A stretch of 64,000 nt of DNA from Octopus vulgaris. Lineage: Eukaryota. Made by a program: the position numbers and the translations under genes. The notes below the pieces were generated by a model, which saw only the letters and a program-made list of their open reading frames with translations, ran no database searches and had not been told where the DNA came from. The number at the start of each line of letters is the position of its first letter. Position 1 is the stretch's first letter. Where the stretch lies: assembly GCA_951406725.2 (NCBI GenBank), contig OX597822.1, positions 78,678,001 through 78,742,000 on the forward strand, given 5' to 3'. Positions 36,701 to 50,419 of the stretch are shown one piece after another.

Positions 36701-37346
36701 AATAAAGGAATAGCACCCTGTATAATATAGAGTCGTAAGAAACTTGCGTTCTACTATAGCTTCGGGCTGACCAAAGCCTTGTGAGTGGATTTGGTAGGTG
36801 GAAACTGAAAGAAGCTAGTTGTATATAAGTGCGTGTGTTTGTCCCTCACAACCGCTTGACAACCGGTGTTGGTGTGTTTACGTCCCCCACAACTTAGCGG
36901 TTCGGCAAAATGAACTGATAGGATAGGTTTGAAGAAAATAAGTTGAGGTCGATTCAATCGACTAAAAGATTGCTTGGCTGCAGTCTAATGACTGAAACAA
37001 GTAAGATGTTTCATACAGTTTCTGTCTACTGTACTTCCATACAGTTTCCGTCTACTAAATTCACCCACAAGGTTTTGGTCGGCTCTAGGCAATAGTAGAA
37101 GACATACCTGAGTAGCCAAGCAGTGGAACTGAACACAAAACCCCGTTGTTAAAAAGTGATCTTCTAAGCCACTCAGACATACCTGAGTGTAATTATCCGT
37201 AGTAAGAATGTTATCAGTCATAATCAAGTGACATTAAAGCTATGTATCATCTATAGCATAGGATAACCTTTAATTTATCAACTTTTACTTTCGTTTCACC
37301 CAAAAAAGTTACCCCTACAGAAATTGGAACCAACACCGTAATTCAG

Positions 37347-37484
37347 GACGTTTCGTATACGAATACGTCTATGTGAGCAATGCGTTCGAAGATAGAAAAA
37401 TATGTAATGGGTGTATATGCATAGACACCTTTTACCTGTCTTCAATTGTATTGTTTACATAGACGTATTCGTATACGAAAAGTC
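37347..37484. mobile_element. Small foldback/MITE
   Basis: tttcgtatacgaatacgtctatgt pairs with acatagacgtattcgtatacgaaa. Confidence 0.75.
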
Positions 37485-38828
37485 GTAATAAAGCAGTGTC
37501 GTCTCTAAATTCGGCGGAATTCTGCTTTACGTGCGCCATAACTTTTTTTTATTTTTGTACGATTATGCAAAAACTAAAATGTTGGTCCTTGATTTAAGGC
37601 CTATTTGGCTGTTATTTTTAGTATATCTCACGACCACCCTCGTTTGTTTGTCAGTTTGACGTATTGATGTTTTTCAATATCTTTCCCCCCATAAATACAT
37701 TTAATGGTCTTTTTGTTGGGCTTTAAGCCAAAAATTCGATACCTGCCCAAGGTGTCACGCAGGGGGATTGAACTCGAAACTACACGGCTTATAGTGAAAG
37801 AAAAATAGTTTCGATGATGAATATGGCAGTTTTTCGTTCAATTCCTCTAGTAATACTGTATGTGGCCGAGTATTCCACAGACACTGACATTTTTAACGTA
37901 ATTTTGAAGGAGAATCATTCTGGCAACTGTTAGCAAGTAAGGGAGGCGATCATAGAAAGAATGCGTTTTAGTTGGAGTTATCCCCCCTACATCATCTGAT
38001 TATCTTCCCCGTTCACTGAAATTAGATTTGTTGATTTATTAAATAAGATGGCAAGCTGACAGAATCGTTAGCGCGCCGGGGAAAATGCTTAACAGCATTT
38101 AGTCAGACCTTTGCATTCTGAGTTCTAATTCCGCTGAGGTTGACTTTTCCCTTCATCCTTTCGGGGTCAATAAAATAAATGCCAGTTAAGCATTAGGTTC
38201 GATGTCATCGAATAACCCTTCTCTCGAAATTACTGCTCTTCTGTCAACATTTGAAGCCAATACTTGATTTCGCCAAAGAGGTACTGCAACACAGTATTGC
38301 TAGAAACGGCAGCCAAACTTCATTCACATCGCATCCTACAACCTGGTTTATGTAATTATACACCTACAATGATGTGACAGTCACGGATGGATTAATACCA
38401 TAGATTATACAACCTTTTCTATATCATTAAACAATTAATGCTGGAAACAATTACATTTTCTATTATTCGTGAAAATACTGAGAATGAATATAGTTCTGGA
38501 ATTTGGAGGAATTATTTCAAATATATATAACTGCATCACATAGACATGATTTACCTCACAAATAAAGATCCCTTCTGTAAGCCAATTTTTTTTAAAATCT
38601 TAAACTGCTTAATCCTGCTCGTGTGTGTGTGTGTGTCTGAGTAATATATTTGGCGTTAGGAAGGGCATCCAGCTGTAGAATCACTGCCAGATCTGACTGG
38701 TCTGGTGCAGCCTTCGGGCTTCCCAGACCCCAGTTGAACCGTCCAACCCATGCTAGCATGGTAAGCGGACGTTAAACGATGATGATGATATTACATTACA
38801 TTATATTATATTTTATATTATGTATGTA

Positions 38829-38940
38829 CAGGATGGGCCGTAATGATGGGACACATTTTAAATGCTGATATCTTGGATTCTAAAAATTACAGAGTGCCGA
38901 ATATATTTATTATATCACTGTCCCATTATTATGGCCCTGC
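38829..38940. mobile_element. Short Tc1/mariner-like MITE
   Basis: gggccgtaatgatgggaca versus tgtcccattattatggccc (17/19 inverted match), TA-rich flanks. Confidence 0.55.
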
Positions 38941-39228
38941 ATATCTTAAGTCGTATATTTATTCTGACCATCCAACCATTACAAGCAAACTCTGCATTGC
39001 TCACGTCTATGCCAACCCCATTCACAATAAATTGATCTTGTCATCTTTTCGAGCTCCCACAACTAGTTACCTTCAGTCTCGTCTGTAAAAAAAGAAAATC
39101 CCTCCTGACATTAATGTATCGAGTCCAAGAACTCTTACAGGCGGTTACACGGTTTCCATAGCGTATACGTAACTGGGATCCCAACAGGTGATCGCTCAGA
39201 CGATCAGATAGTTATACATCACTGGTCA

Positions 39229-39550
39229 TTTAACGTTACAGTAAACGACGTTAAATGACGTTATATGACAAGACGTTAAATGGCGTGATGTAAAATGACG
39301 TTATATGGGTGACGTTAAATTACGCTAAATGAAGTGACGTTAAATGATGTTAATTTACGTAACGTTAAATGGCGTTGAATAACGTTAAATGACGTTATAT
39401 GAGTGACGTTAAATTACGCTAAATGACGTGACGTTATATGACCTTAAATGATGTCATAGTAAATAACGCTAAATGACGTGACGGTAAACTATGTAAAATG
39501 ACGTTATATGGGTAACGTTAAATTACAATAAATGACGTGACGTTAAATGG
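39229..39550. repeat. Minisatellite of ~10-bp units (T)GACGTTAAA
   Basis: About 30 degenerate units: gacgttaaat / gacgttatat / tacgctaaat. Confidence 0.9.
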
Positions 39551-40070
39551 TTCGTTTTTTAGCTTTCGAATGATGCCACCCCGCTGTCTAAGCAAGCAGG
39601 CCAACATTCCCCACCTGACCGGAAGACTAATCCGTGGCAAGGTTATCCATTTGCAGCCGAATGGATTGGAACCATGTGAAAAGAAGTGTTTTGCTCAAGA
39701 ACACAACGCGCTGTCCGGCCCAGGAATCGAAACCACTGGCTTGCGATCGTGAGTGACACACCCTAATCACTAGGCAACGCACCTTCATCTCAGCTATAAA
39801 ACATTTTGCTTAATCTGGATCCTCAGAAACGGGTCTCCAAGGAATCCCTTTTCTGCTCTTTTAGCAAACACATCTCTAACAGTTTATAATGAATATTAAC
39901 AGCAACATTTGCACCTAATTATCTAATTGCTTGGACAATCTCTCTTGATCGAAAAATGTTCAATTCAGTATATTACATATGTAGCAACCTACAATATTTA
40001 TATCTAATAATTCAGCATGGTAGAACGCTTCTCTGAAGTATTTTCCTTTATTCATATTGAAAGAAATATA

Positions 40071-40278
40071 CAGTAATCCCTCGACTATCGCGGGTGTTAC
40101 GTTCCAAAACCCCTCGCAATATGTGAAAATCTGCGAAACTGTGTATTTTTTTGAAATTATTTTTATAATTCGTACATATTTATTTTATTATAAATGCAAA
40201 ACAACATCACGAAGGAATAGATGTAAGCTTCAATAATAAACCGCGATAGGTGAACCGCAATATGGCAAGGGGTTACTG
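40071..40278. mobile_element. Tigger/pogo-like MITE
   Basis: TIRs cagtaatccctcg...atcgcgg and ccgcaat...aggggttactg, TA flanks. Confidence 0.75.
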
Positions 40279-40479
40279 TAGTCATATATATATATATTGA
40301 GAATGTTGCAGTAGAATTTAGATTATTATTATTTCAAATATATCTATGACGTCATAATGCCATAACTGAAACGAATGCTTTCCTGCGTCTCTTTTAGTTC
40401 TCTTTCAATCAACATCAAAGCTGAAATAGTTGAACGAAGTAGTTGCCTCTTCCAGAATGAGATTAAAACTAAGCAAATC

Positions 40480-41620
40480 CCGGAATCTCTCTCTCTGCCG
40501 AAAGGGAAATTAGCCGTGTTCACAGTAGCCAACTAAAATATCCCAACTGCAGCAAAAGAACTAGTCAAAAGTATTGGAAGATGGTATGGACAACACGTTG
40601 AAAGATACGAAAAGGGGGACCGAAACGAAACAAATGGTGGTAAAAAGTTTGCAGGTCATAGACCAGTGTGACCTCTCTGGCAAATACAAGGCATGAGATT
40701 TTGGTGTTTGCAGTTCATGTTAATCATAAAGCTTCTCTGGCTCTGCTAATTTATGATATCAGCATTAATACAGTGGAGATATGGAGGTCAGAATAAAGAA
40801 AAGTACGCAAAGAAGTGGCTGGGTGTCGCACCAGGTCTTACTGATGTTGCACTCTCATGTCGCCAGGCAGGTTGGAGCTACCTCTCAAACCCATCGTCGA
40901 GGAATAGTAAGTTGGAAAAGTAAGTCTTTTAGCCATGTTTGAAGACTCGAAAGACAAGGTCGTCCGGTCGATCCGGCCCAAACTGAAGACAGGCAGGAAA
41001 TGGAAAGTCTAGGAGGTGGTGGATGCAGCAAAGAAATGCCTTACAATTAGGCCAATAGGCAGGGACTGGGCGTAACAAAAATGAATTGGTCTTAAGAAAA
41101 CAAAAGAAAGATGAAGAGAAATCTTATTTTACAGGAGGTGAAAAAAGGAAGAGGATGCCCTAAGAATCCGGAAGGCAATACTGCAGAGTCAACTGGGCCA
41201 GTGGATGACGTGGGAAGAGCCACTTCAGAAGTGTCTCAGCTGGAACTACTTGTGCCATATGGCACATTTTAGAATAAGTTTTATCTTCAGATCTGTCTAT
41301 GACTTCCTGCATACGAATACGAACCTAGGGAAGTGGGGGTAAATCAGATAATCCTGAGTGCCCATTCTGCCCGGAGTAAACAGACAGTGGAACACGTTCT
41401 GAGTTCCTGCAGAGTAGCACCAGCCCAAGGAAGATACATGTGAAGACACAATCAAGTGCTTAAGGAGATCGTACATGTGATAAGAACGGCAAAAATCTCC
41501 AACGACGTTATGCACGGCAGCAGAAGGCAGAAAATCATGTCCAGGAACAGTTATGCCATACGGGGCACGGGAATGAAGTCTTCTGTGTGGTGCAGATGAG
41601 TGGGGGTGCTCACCAGACTT
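40480..41620 (+). pseudogene. Decayed RLE-type non-LTR retrotransposon (HERO/NeSL-like) C-terminal half
   Basis: Frameshifted fragments VKSIGRWY, SGKYK, KWLGVAPGLTDVAL, KLKTGRKWKV, ISFIxRSVYD, and a degenerate CCHC knuckle (EHVLSSC...GRY..RHNQVL). Confidence 0.75.
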
Positions 41621-41823
41621 CAAAACAAGAAATCACCTGGAAGAGTTACTTGAGGCTGGATATCACACTCCATTCTGAGACATCAGAAATGAATTGCACA
41701 CACACACACACACACACACACGCACGTACGTACGTACGTAGACGAGTATGACCATCTCTGGCAAGTTATCATATCTCTAGACGTTAAAGATAATGCCTAA
41801 TAATAATAATAATAATAATAATA

Positions 41824-43833
41824 TGCACAAAAATGAAAAATAAATTAAATACGTTATTATTCAACCCAAGGATAACAAACGGGAAATACGTACTTCAACT
41901 TGTTACACAAAAAGTACGAAAAACTACACGTGCAAAACCATTTAACACCAGAAATGAACGGACCGGTACCCTATGAAATAATGACTATCAAAATAAAGGG
42001 CCGGACGTTATTCCTAACGTCCCGTAAATAAAATTTTAAAAAGCATAAATGGATACGCGAGGAATATATTTCAATTCTACACGCTTATTTTACAGCAGTG
42101 CTCTACTCACAGAACGAAAACACAACATATACATATAAAATCTGGAAGGAAAATAACCTATATAAAGATTAGGATAAGCAATGAATCCTAATAAACTAGC
42201 TAACATACGAAGATATATTCTCAAAATAAAAAAATATCAGAAATAGAAAAAGAACACTTATAAGGGAAAATACATCAGGAACATGTAGATAGTAACCACA
42301 CAGCAATACCAAATAATATCATAAGTACTGGGACTGTAAAATACGAAGACAGACGTAGCATGTCCAACAAGAAGCAAGCAATGAAAGACAACAAACCCAG
42401 ACTGTAGGAATGTATAATGATGAGCAAAATGCACCAAACCAGAACACCATAGTTAAAAATATAAACGAGAGAGAATGCGAAACAAATCTAAAACCTGGAA
42501 ACAGTGAAGGCGAAGCTAATGATTATGCTACTCTAAAAATGAGTATAATCAAAGAATTGAAAGCCACAGATCTCAGTATAGGCCACCGATTGTACCTCCC
42601 AAAAATTAAAATTGATACTAAAACAACATCAATAATAAATAGCATGAACCTGGCCGTCATAGAACTAATAGCCACAGAAACAAATGTCAATATGACCAGG
42701 CTAAATGATATTAAATATTGCAGCAGCTGCTATGACCACAAAAGAAGCTGGATACTCCCTAAAACCCATCCAAACAGGAGCATATCACCACCAAAACAGA
42801 CCCTGTATATAAACAATATTCAGAAAATAGAAAATAAGAGAAAGGATCTGTCAATCCTTAATGTAACTAGTAGACAATCAACACTATTAAGTAACAAGAA
42901 GAGAAGGAAAATACTACATGAATACAAAATTACAGACAAGGCATATCTGAGGTAAAAGAACAGCTAAAGCAAATTATCCTCGCCAAAACACAAAGTATCC
43001 GCCGGTATGAGAAACACCAACGTTTCTTTGAACAAAACAAAGTGTTCAGCTCCAACCTCAGAAGATTCTACCAGGAACTTGCCAAAAATGAAATAGAGAT
43101 CAATGCAACACCAACAGCAGAAGTGAAAGAATTATGGAAAGAAATATGGTCGGCGAAGGAACAACCTCAGCAAAGATATATCAAAACAACGAACACAGCA
43201 TATGAACAACTTTGGACCCCTATAACAACTGAAGAGGTCACCCAGGCACTGCAAAAACGAAGCAACTGGAAGGCACCTAAGCACAAGATCCCCAACTTCT
43301 GTTTAAAATACTTAACAGGAACCCATAAAAAGCTGGCTGAGAAATTTAATGAACTACTGAATGCTCAGAGGAGAGAAAAGTATCCTAATTCCCAAATCCG
43401 CTGAAACAGCAAACCCTCAAAGTTACAGACTGATAACTTGAAAAAATTCAGGCCTTGTGCCTGGAGTATAAAAGAATATCGCAGAGAACGAGCAAACATC
43501 TGGAAGAAAGCAACTTGTTTCCAGAAGAGCAGAAGGGATGCTGCAAGGGCTCATACGGTTGTAAAGATCAGTTACTGATCAATAAAGCCATAACTGAAAA
43601 CAGCCACAGAAAGAAGAATCTAAGTATGGCCTGGATCGCGTACCGAAAGGCTTTTGATAATATTCCCCACACAGGGATCCAAGAAACACTAGTCATGAAC
43701 AAGGTAGCACCAATAATCATAAAATATATAAAACATTCCATGAATAAAATGGCAGACAGTGCTACAGCTCCAGACAAAAGAGGGACTCATAAAAAACCAA
43801 AGCCATCTCCATTAGAAGAGGAATGTTCCAGGG
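41824..43833 (+). pseudogene. Decayed R4/Dong-like non-LTR retrotransposon, 5' half, starting right after (TAA)n
   Basis: KHKWIREEY..ILHAYF, IRRYEK..RFFEQNKVF...RFYQEL, NWKAP..IPNF.LKYL, PEEQKGC.KGSYGCKDQLLINKAI, LSMAWI.YRKAFD; many frameshifts. Confidence 0.8.
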
Positions 43834-43834
43834 A

Positions 43835-44717
43835 TTTTGGAAGCATTAACTTTGTGAGAGACGCAACTGTCAGGTGATCACCCTGCTCATTTTTCTTGTC
43901 TAAAAGATATGGTTGCGACCGCAGATGATATTGACATGAATCGGTACAAAGACAGTATCACGGGATTGCAGCGAGAGGTTGAGCAACGGTTTCAGATTTT
44001 TGATGAACTTGAGACAGATTTCAGTTTTTTGCTCGCCATTTACAGTTAACGCCTCTGATCTGCCGTCAACATCCAACTTGATATGGTTGACTTACAGCGT
44101 GATTCAGAGTTGAAGAACAAATTTTCCTCGCTGGACTTAGATACATTTTATTAGTATCTCTCGCCAAAGTACCCCAAACTAACAGCCCTTGCTGCGAAAG
44201 TTTTGTGCATGTTCGGGACTACCTACCTTTGTGAACAAGGTTTCTCTGTACTGAACATCAATAAAACAATTCTGCGCTCAAAGCTCACACATAAGCACCA
44301 AAATGACATCTTGAAATTTGCTGCTACTCAGGATTTGATACCTGATATTGATGCACTTGTGAAGGAGAAAAGATGCCAAGTTTCAGGAGCATATTGAAAA
44401 TAAATGATAAAAAGTGAAGTCGTTTTAAATGTTTTTCAAAATGTTTTTTTAATTTATAAATTGTATACATTTACAAGGCAGTGTGACCACTCAGTCTCAC
44501 TAACATTTCTCACTTTTACTTGTTCAATGTTTTGCAAAAACAAATTGTTCTTTAAACATGAACATTTTCAGAATGTACTTATTTACACTAAAAGAAAGAG
44601 AAAATTTTGAAATTGTTATCTATAGGTTCTTATGCCATGATTTTACTGGTCCAGTCCGCTTGAGATCAAATTGGGTTGATATGTGGCCCGTAATCTAAAA
44701 TTAGTTTGACACCCCTA
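43835..44717 (+). mobile_element. hAT (Charlie/GTF2IRD2-like) transposon 3' fragment with terminal inverted repeat
   Basis: YPKL..LAAKVLCMFGTTYLCEQGFS.LNINK...RSKLT hAT dimerisation motif; ends gtggcccg...gtttgacacccct. Confidence 0.8.
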
Positions 44718-44719
44718 CT

Positions 44720-44945
44720 CTAATAGAAACGGAAAAACTTTCAAAATACAAAGATATGGAAATAGAGGTAACTCGAATGTGGTGTCTAAAAACAGAAACA
44801 ATTCCTATCATAGTAGGCGCATTAGGTATGATAAAAAAAGACTAACAAGTATATATATAACATACAGAAAATAGCACTACTAGGCACCGCACACATCCTA
44901 CGTAAAAAATTTCAATACAGTAAAAATAAGAGCATCGCAACAAAC
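44720..44945 (+). pseudogene. R4/Dong-like 3' end (RLE C-terminus); further 3' fragments at 45868-46263 and 47575-48390, each ending in (TAA)n
   Basis: EKLSKYKDMEIEVTRMW...IPIIVGALGMI and QKIALLGTAHILRK; paralogous IPVVIGALGMI...MGTAHILRK and LLGTASVI. Confidence 0.75.
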
Positions 44946-46265
44946 CACAGCACATACTCGTGCAGGTGAAAAGATCAATGGAGGTGGGGGTGATATTTCC
45001 GAGGCTTCCACCCCACCCAACCCCGTTTTTCGGACCCCCTAAAGGGTTTCGCAGCATATTAGGAGGTCACAGGAATTCATTCAACGAAAAAAAAAAAAAG
45101 AATTTCAATGATTCCGGGATGGAGGGGATTCCCCCTTCCCCCCACCTTTCTTGCGAACAAAAATAAAGGATTTGCATCATATTAGGAGGTCAGGGTGCTT
45201 GATTCCACACAAAAAATCCGATTTTTTTTTTCTTTAGTGAAAATCAGGCAGGTGTTAATATCAAAATTGATCAAAGTATGGGGGGAGGTGTGAAATAATA
45301 ACTAATTTCAAATTTTCTATGAGGAAACTCCAAAACTGATTCATACACCCCTCGCCACTTCATTCCCCTGTCTAAAAGTTTACAAGTACACCGGTACGAA
45401 AAATCGACCCTTTTTTTTTTTCTTTTTTTTTTTTTGAAAGTTTATCTGCGGATTCCTATGTTTTCGATGATGGAGATTCTGAAAATGCAAAAAACCATTC
45501 TTTCAAGATTTTTTAATTCCCCCTCCCCACCCCAACCCAAATTTTAAAATTTTAACCTATTTTTGAATTTTTTTTTTCAATCGACGTGGAACAACATGGA
45601 GATTAAGAATATGGAGAAAAAAATAATTCATTTCAAATTTTCTATGAAGAAACTCCAAAATTGATTCATACAGAGTAATTTTCCGCAGTAATATGACAGA
45701 GTGAAATTAAAGTGTTCATTTTTTTTACATGTGAAACCTCCATTGGAATTTAGGCAGGATAAACTTCGGAAATGTGTTTGAGAAATGTATGGAAATTCTG
45801 AAAAATTTTTTTCTCCGTAAATTTCATATCGCCCGATGATCCAGTGATATACTTCAACCTTCTTTTGATTGAAATAGAAATTAGCAAAATGTAGAACTGA
45901 AGACTAAAAAAAATACCTGTTGTAATAGGTGCCCTAGGAATGATACCAAAAGAGGCTGATTGCTACCTAGCTCAGATAACAGGAAACCCCAGAATGGCGG
46001 AAATTTAAGAGATAGTCTTCATGGGAACTGCCCATATCCTACGTAAAATACCGTCTATGTAATCTCAAATTTTAAAACAAAAACAATTTTCTTATGGTTT
46101 CTTAAACATTCTCAAGAACAATACTATGTACAAAGCCAAATATATGGCACCCTAGGCATAACAACAACATGAACTTCTAGCTTGTTGTCACTTGAGACTT
46201 GGAGCCAAGTTGTACAAATGCAAAGCAAAAGTCAAACATAATAATAATAATAATAATAATAATTG

Positions 46266-47548
46266 TTTACAAGTACACCGGCACGAAAAATCGACGTTTT
46301 TAAAAAAAATTTTCAGCGGATTCCTGTTTTCGATGGCGGAGATATTCTGAATATGTCAAAAACCATTTTCTCAAAACTTTAAATTTCCCCCTCCTCAACT
46401 CAAATTTTAAAATTTTAACTTATTTTTGAATTTTTTTTTTATTAATCAACGTGGAAAAACATGGAGATTATGAATATGGAAAAAAGAAAAAGAATTTATT
46501 TCAAATTTTCTATGAAAAAACTCCAAAATTGATTCATACAACTCTATCGTCTGCAAGTGAAAACGAGCGGCTTGTGTGTTTGTGTACGCATGCGAATGAA
46601 CAGAGAAAATATGCTAGAAATAAAAGTCAAATCTCACAAAACTCCGATAGCATAATGAAAGAAATATGTAATCAATCTACTCACCTTTCTGTAAGGGTTT
46701 CTTTCAAAGTAATTTCCTGCAGTAATATGACAGAGTGAAATTAAAGTGTACATTTTTTTTTACATGCGAAACCTCCGCCATTGGAATTTAGGCGGGATAA
46801 ACTTCGGAAATGTGTTTGAGAAATGTATAGAAATTCTGAAAATTTTTCTTCGCCGTAAATTCATACATTTTTCGATACCTATATTTCGTCGACGCAAGAC
46901 CATTTCATATCACCCGATGATCCAGTGATATACTTCAAACGTCTTTTGATTCAGGACCAATAGGCCTCAATGTGGTTTGTGCAAGGGAAAGGGGTTCGGA
47001 TAATTTATTTATTTATTTTCTTTCCTTTTTTTTTTTTTTTGCAAAATTGGAAATTTTACAATTTTTTTTTTTTCAGAATCGGAATCTCCATAGCAGAAAA
47101 CGTGGGTATCCATAAAAATAAGATTCTTTTCTAAAGGGTTGGAGAGTTCCGTTTATGTGAGATTTGGCTGTTATTTCGAGCATACTTTCTCCGTTCATTC
47201 GCATGCGCACTCACAAACACATAAGCCGTTCATTTTCACTTTTAGACAGGGAGGGGTGTATCAATCAATTTTGGAGTTTCCTCACAGAAAATTTTTAATT
47301 AATTTTTTTTTTTCCTGTATTCTTAATCTTCATATTTTGTCACGTCGATCGAAAGAAAAAAAAAATGGAAAAATGTTAAAATTTAAAAACTTGGGGTGCT
47401 GAGGGGCGAAATTTTTAAAAAAGGGTTTTTGACATATTCAAAATCTCCATCATCGAAAACATAAGAATCCGCTGAAAAAATTAAAATTAAAATAAAAAAA
47501 AAAAAGAAAAAGAAAAATGTCGATTTTTCGTGCTGGTGTACTTGTAAA
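46266..47548. mobile_element. ~1.3-kb non-autonomous foldback element with ~380-bp inverted arms; partial related copy at ~45379-45860
   Basis: tttacaagtacaccggcacgaaaaatcgac at the left end, gtcgatttttcgtgctggtgtacttgtaaa at the right end; inverted similarity extends to ~46640/47160. Confidence 0.75.
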
Positions 47549-49553
47549 TATTAACCATAATAATAATAATAATATAAAGGATTGAGGTAACTCCTCCAGA
47601 AGATATAGAGTCAAAATTAAAAGAAGAGTGCCATTGTCATCTAGTCCCAACAGTACTGGAGTCGAAGAAATGTAAGATTTTGTGGGACTTTCCAATTGAA
47701 ATGGACAAGAAGTTAGAAAATAAACCGAACATAACAATTATAGATAATGAAAAGCGAAATTGCTTTCTAATCGACCCACCATATCCGTTTGAATCCAGGA
47801 TCGTAAAGAAAGAGGATGTAAAACAATGAAATGGCAATCCTTTAAAATTTGAAAGGAAGAATTTGGAGCATGCGAACAGTAAAGATTATGCCTATAATAA
47901 TTGGTGCGTAGATGGCGGCAAGCTGGCAGAAACGTTAGCACGCCGGGCGAAATACTTAACGGTCTTTTGTCTGTTTTTACGTTCTGAGTTCAAATTCCAC
48001 CAAGGTCAACTTTGCCTTTCATCCTTTGGGGGTCGATAAATTAAGTACCATTTGTGTACTGGGGTCGATCTAATCGACTGGCCCCCTCCCCCGAAAATTT
48101 TGGGCCGTGTGCCCAGAGTAGAAAAGGATAAAAGGATAATTTGTTCTTTGGGAACAGGAAGCAAAGATTGAGACAAATGACTGAAGGAGATTAAAATAGA
48201 ATGCCCGGTGAAACTCCAACAGAAAGTTTTCCTCTTAGGGACAGCAAGCGTTATCAGTGGGGTTCTAAGCACTTGAAAGACTGCTGAAAACTTATGGTTA
48301 CCTAAGGTTACACGCTACCTAGATAAATCCTACCAGGAATAAGACCGAATTGAGCCAAACCAAAATAATGATAATAATAATAATAATAATCTATGAGGAT
48401 TGCTGTAACTCCTTACGAAGGTAAATAAGCAATCAAGATGAATGTGATACGATTTGTAATAAATAGAGATCAATTCTGTTTATTGAATTGGACGAATTAA
48501 ACAATATTTATACCCGACTTATTTTCTTACATGATAGATTTTTCTGCGTAACAATTAATTTCATTTGATTTCTGACAATCTTTGGGTGTTTTGTTGGAAT
48601 TCTTCACTTAAGATATGGAACCTATTGGGTAAAAAAGAGAATTGTGAATGTTTATATTGTCAGCAGACGTGGCTGCGTGGTAAGAAGTTTGCTTCCCTTC
48701 TACATGGTTCTGGGTTCAGTCCCATTGCGCGGTACCTTGGGCCAAGTGTTGTCCGATCAGAGCCTTGTGAAGGGACTTGGTAGACGGAAACTGAAAGAAG
48801 TCCGTCGTGTGTGTATGTAACTGTGTGTGTGTGAGACCACCACTTGACAACTGGTGTTGGTGTGTTTATATCCTCGTAACCTAGCGGTCAGGCAAAAGTG
48901 CCTTCGACTAAAAATTCTTCAATCTGGTGCTCCAGCATGGCCACTGTCTAATAACTGAGAAAGATAATAAATAAAAGATTTGAAAAACTTTTAACTTTCT
49001 CGAAAGAAACAAATTTATTGTTCTGAAGGCAAATACGTATGGAAGGGCAAAAAGACCACAATCGAATGAGCCAACCTAAAGGACTGAACTTGTTGAATTG
49101 TAGGAGTTATGTTTGTTCGTGGCGAGTGTTATCTGTGTGATTAGCTTTTGTGGTATGGGTAAATTGAAATTATTATAAACATAGACGTGTCCGAAAAAAA
49201 GTTGATTAATAAAGTAAATTGATTGTTTTGGGTGTGATGGATAAACAATGTCCGATGTGGACAGTATGTGAGAAATTCAGTGTAGGAAAAAATGGTAGGC
49301 TGTTTAAGAATTTCAGGAAAATTTTCTGTTAATATTTTCAAGCCGGCACATAGCATTTGTCCTGAAAGCAAAAATGACTTCTCCACATATTTCAAGTTAA
49401 ACGTTTTTAAGTAAAATGTTCCCTCGCTCAGTGGAATAGGAAAGCAACTTTTTTCTTTCTTTTTTTTTTTTTCGGTTTTTTTTTTGTCCTCAAGGACGAA
49501 ATTTCCTTTTCTTCAAAGTCCTTCAGACAATTAAACAAATAAGGGAAAAGATT

Positions 49554-50416
49554 TGTAAGAACGACCATACGAAAGGAGAGGTGACGAATGGATGACTCCT
49601 TTAATACATCGCACGGTCGCTTACAATAAAAGCAAAATGGATGAGTACAAGTGCCAGAAGGAAAAGGAAGAGACACAGTCGATAGAAGGTTTGAGAGAAG
49701 ATTTTATTTAGGTGTTAACATGTGTGTATGCGTCATAATTACATATATAATAATAATAATAGACAGGCCGTCATGCATACATAATGTGTATACATGTACA
49801 AACAAGGGTGTATGCGTGTGAGATAAAATACAGAAAATAAAAAGAGTCTATAACAGGGCGTTAGAAGAATGTTCTCGCACATTGAAGATAAATACCAGTT
49901 CATTGTAAGGTACACAATAGTTGAAGAGCTGTAACAAGAAGTTGTAGCGTAGAAGCAGAGCTGGTTGAAGCACGTGTCATGTAAGAAGTTGTGGCTACTA
50001 TGCCGCTGCCGGTTACTTGATACAGCAAGATCTCGCAGGTTGTACTTGCTGTTAACCATGGTGAAGTAATTCACAAACAGTGTGGAGTTAACCTGAGCTA
50101 ATGTTGTTGTGTACGTAGAGACTTTAAAACGGAGGTGACAGAGATGGAGGTCCTGATGCTGCTGGTGTTGTCTGTCGCTGGAACTGGCTGTGTGCTCTGT
50201 GGTCAGTGGTTAGACCATAGAAGGTCTAGAACCAATGACTTCGACTCGATGTTGAACTAGGTTTTTATAGTGACTAGTAGGCTCCAACGGAGATTTAGAA
50301 GACTGTGTCAGGGGACCTTATCAGAAGGCTGCGATTGGTTGGGTTGCACATTGACGCGCAATAGAGCAAGAGACAAATTGCGCCAATACCAACCAATCAG
50401 AGTAGTGGACACAACA
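49554..50416 (-). mobile_element. Possible solo LTR; part (49690-49900) is similar to 51548-51780
   Basis: TGT...ACA ends, minus-strand TATA-like ctataaaaa near 50265 and AATAAA near 49705; no TSD found. Confidence 0.35.
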
Positions 50417-50419
50417 ATT

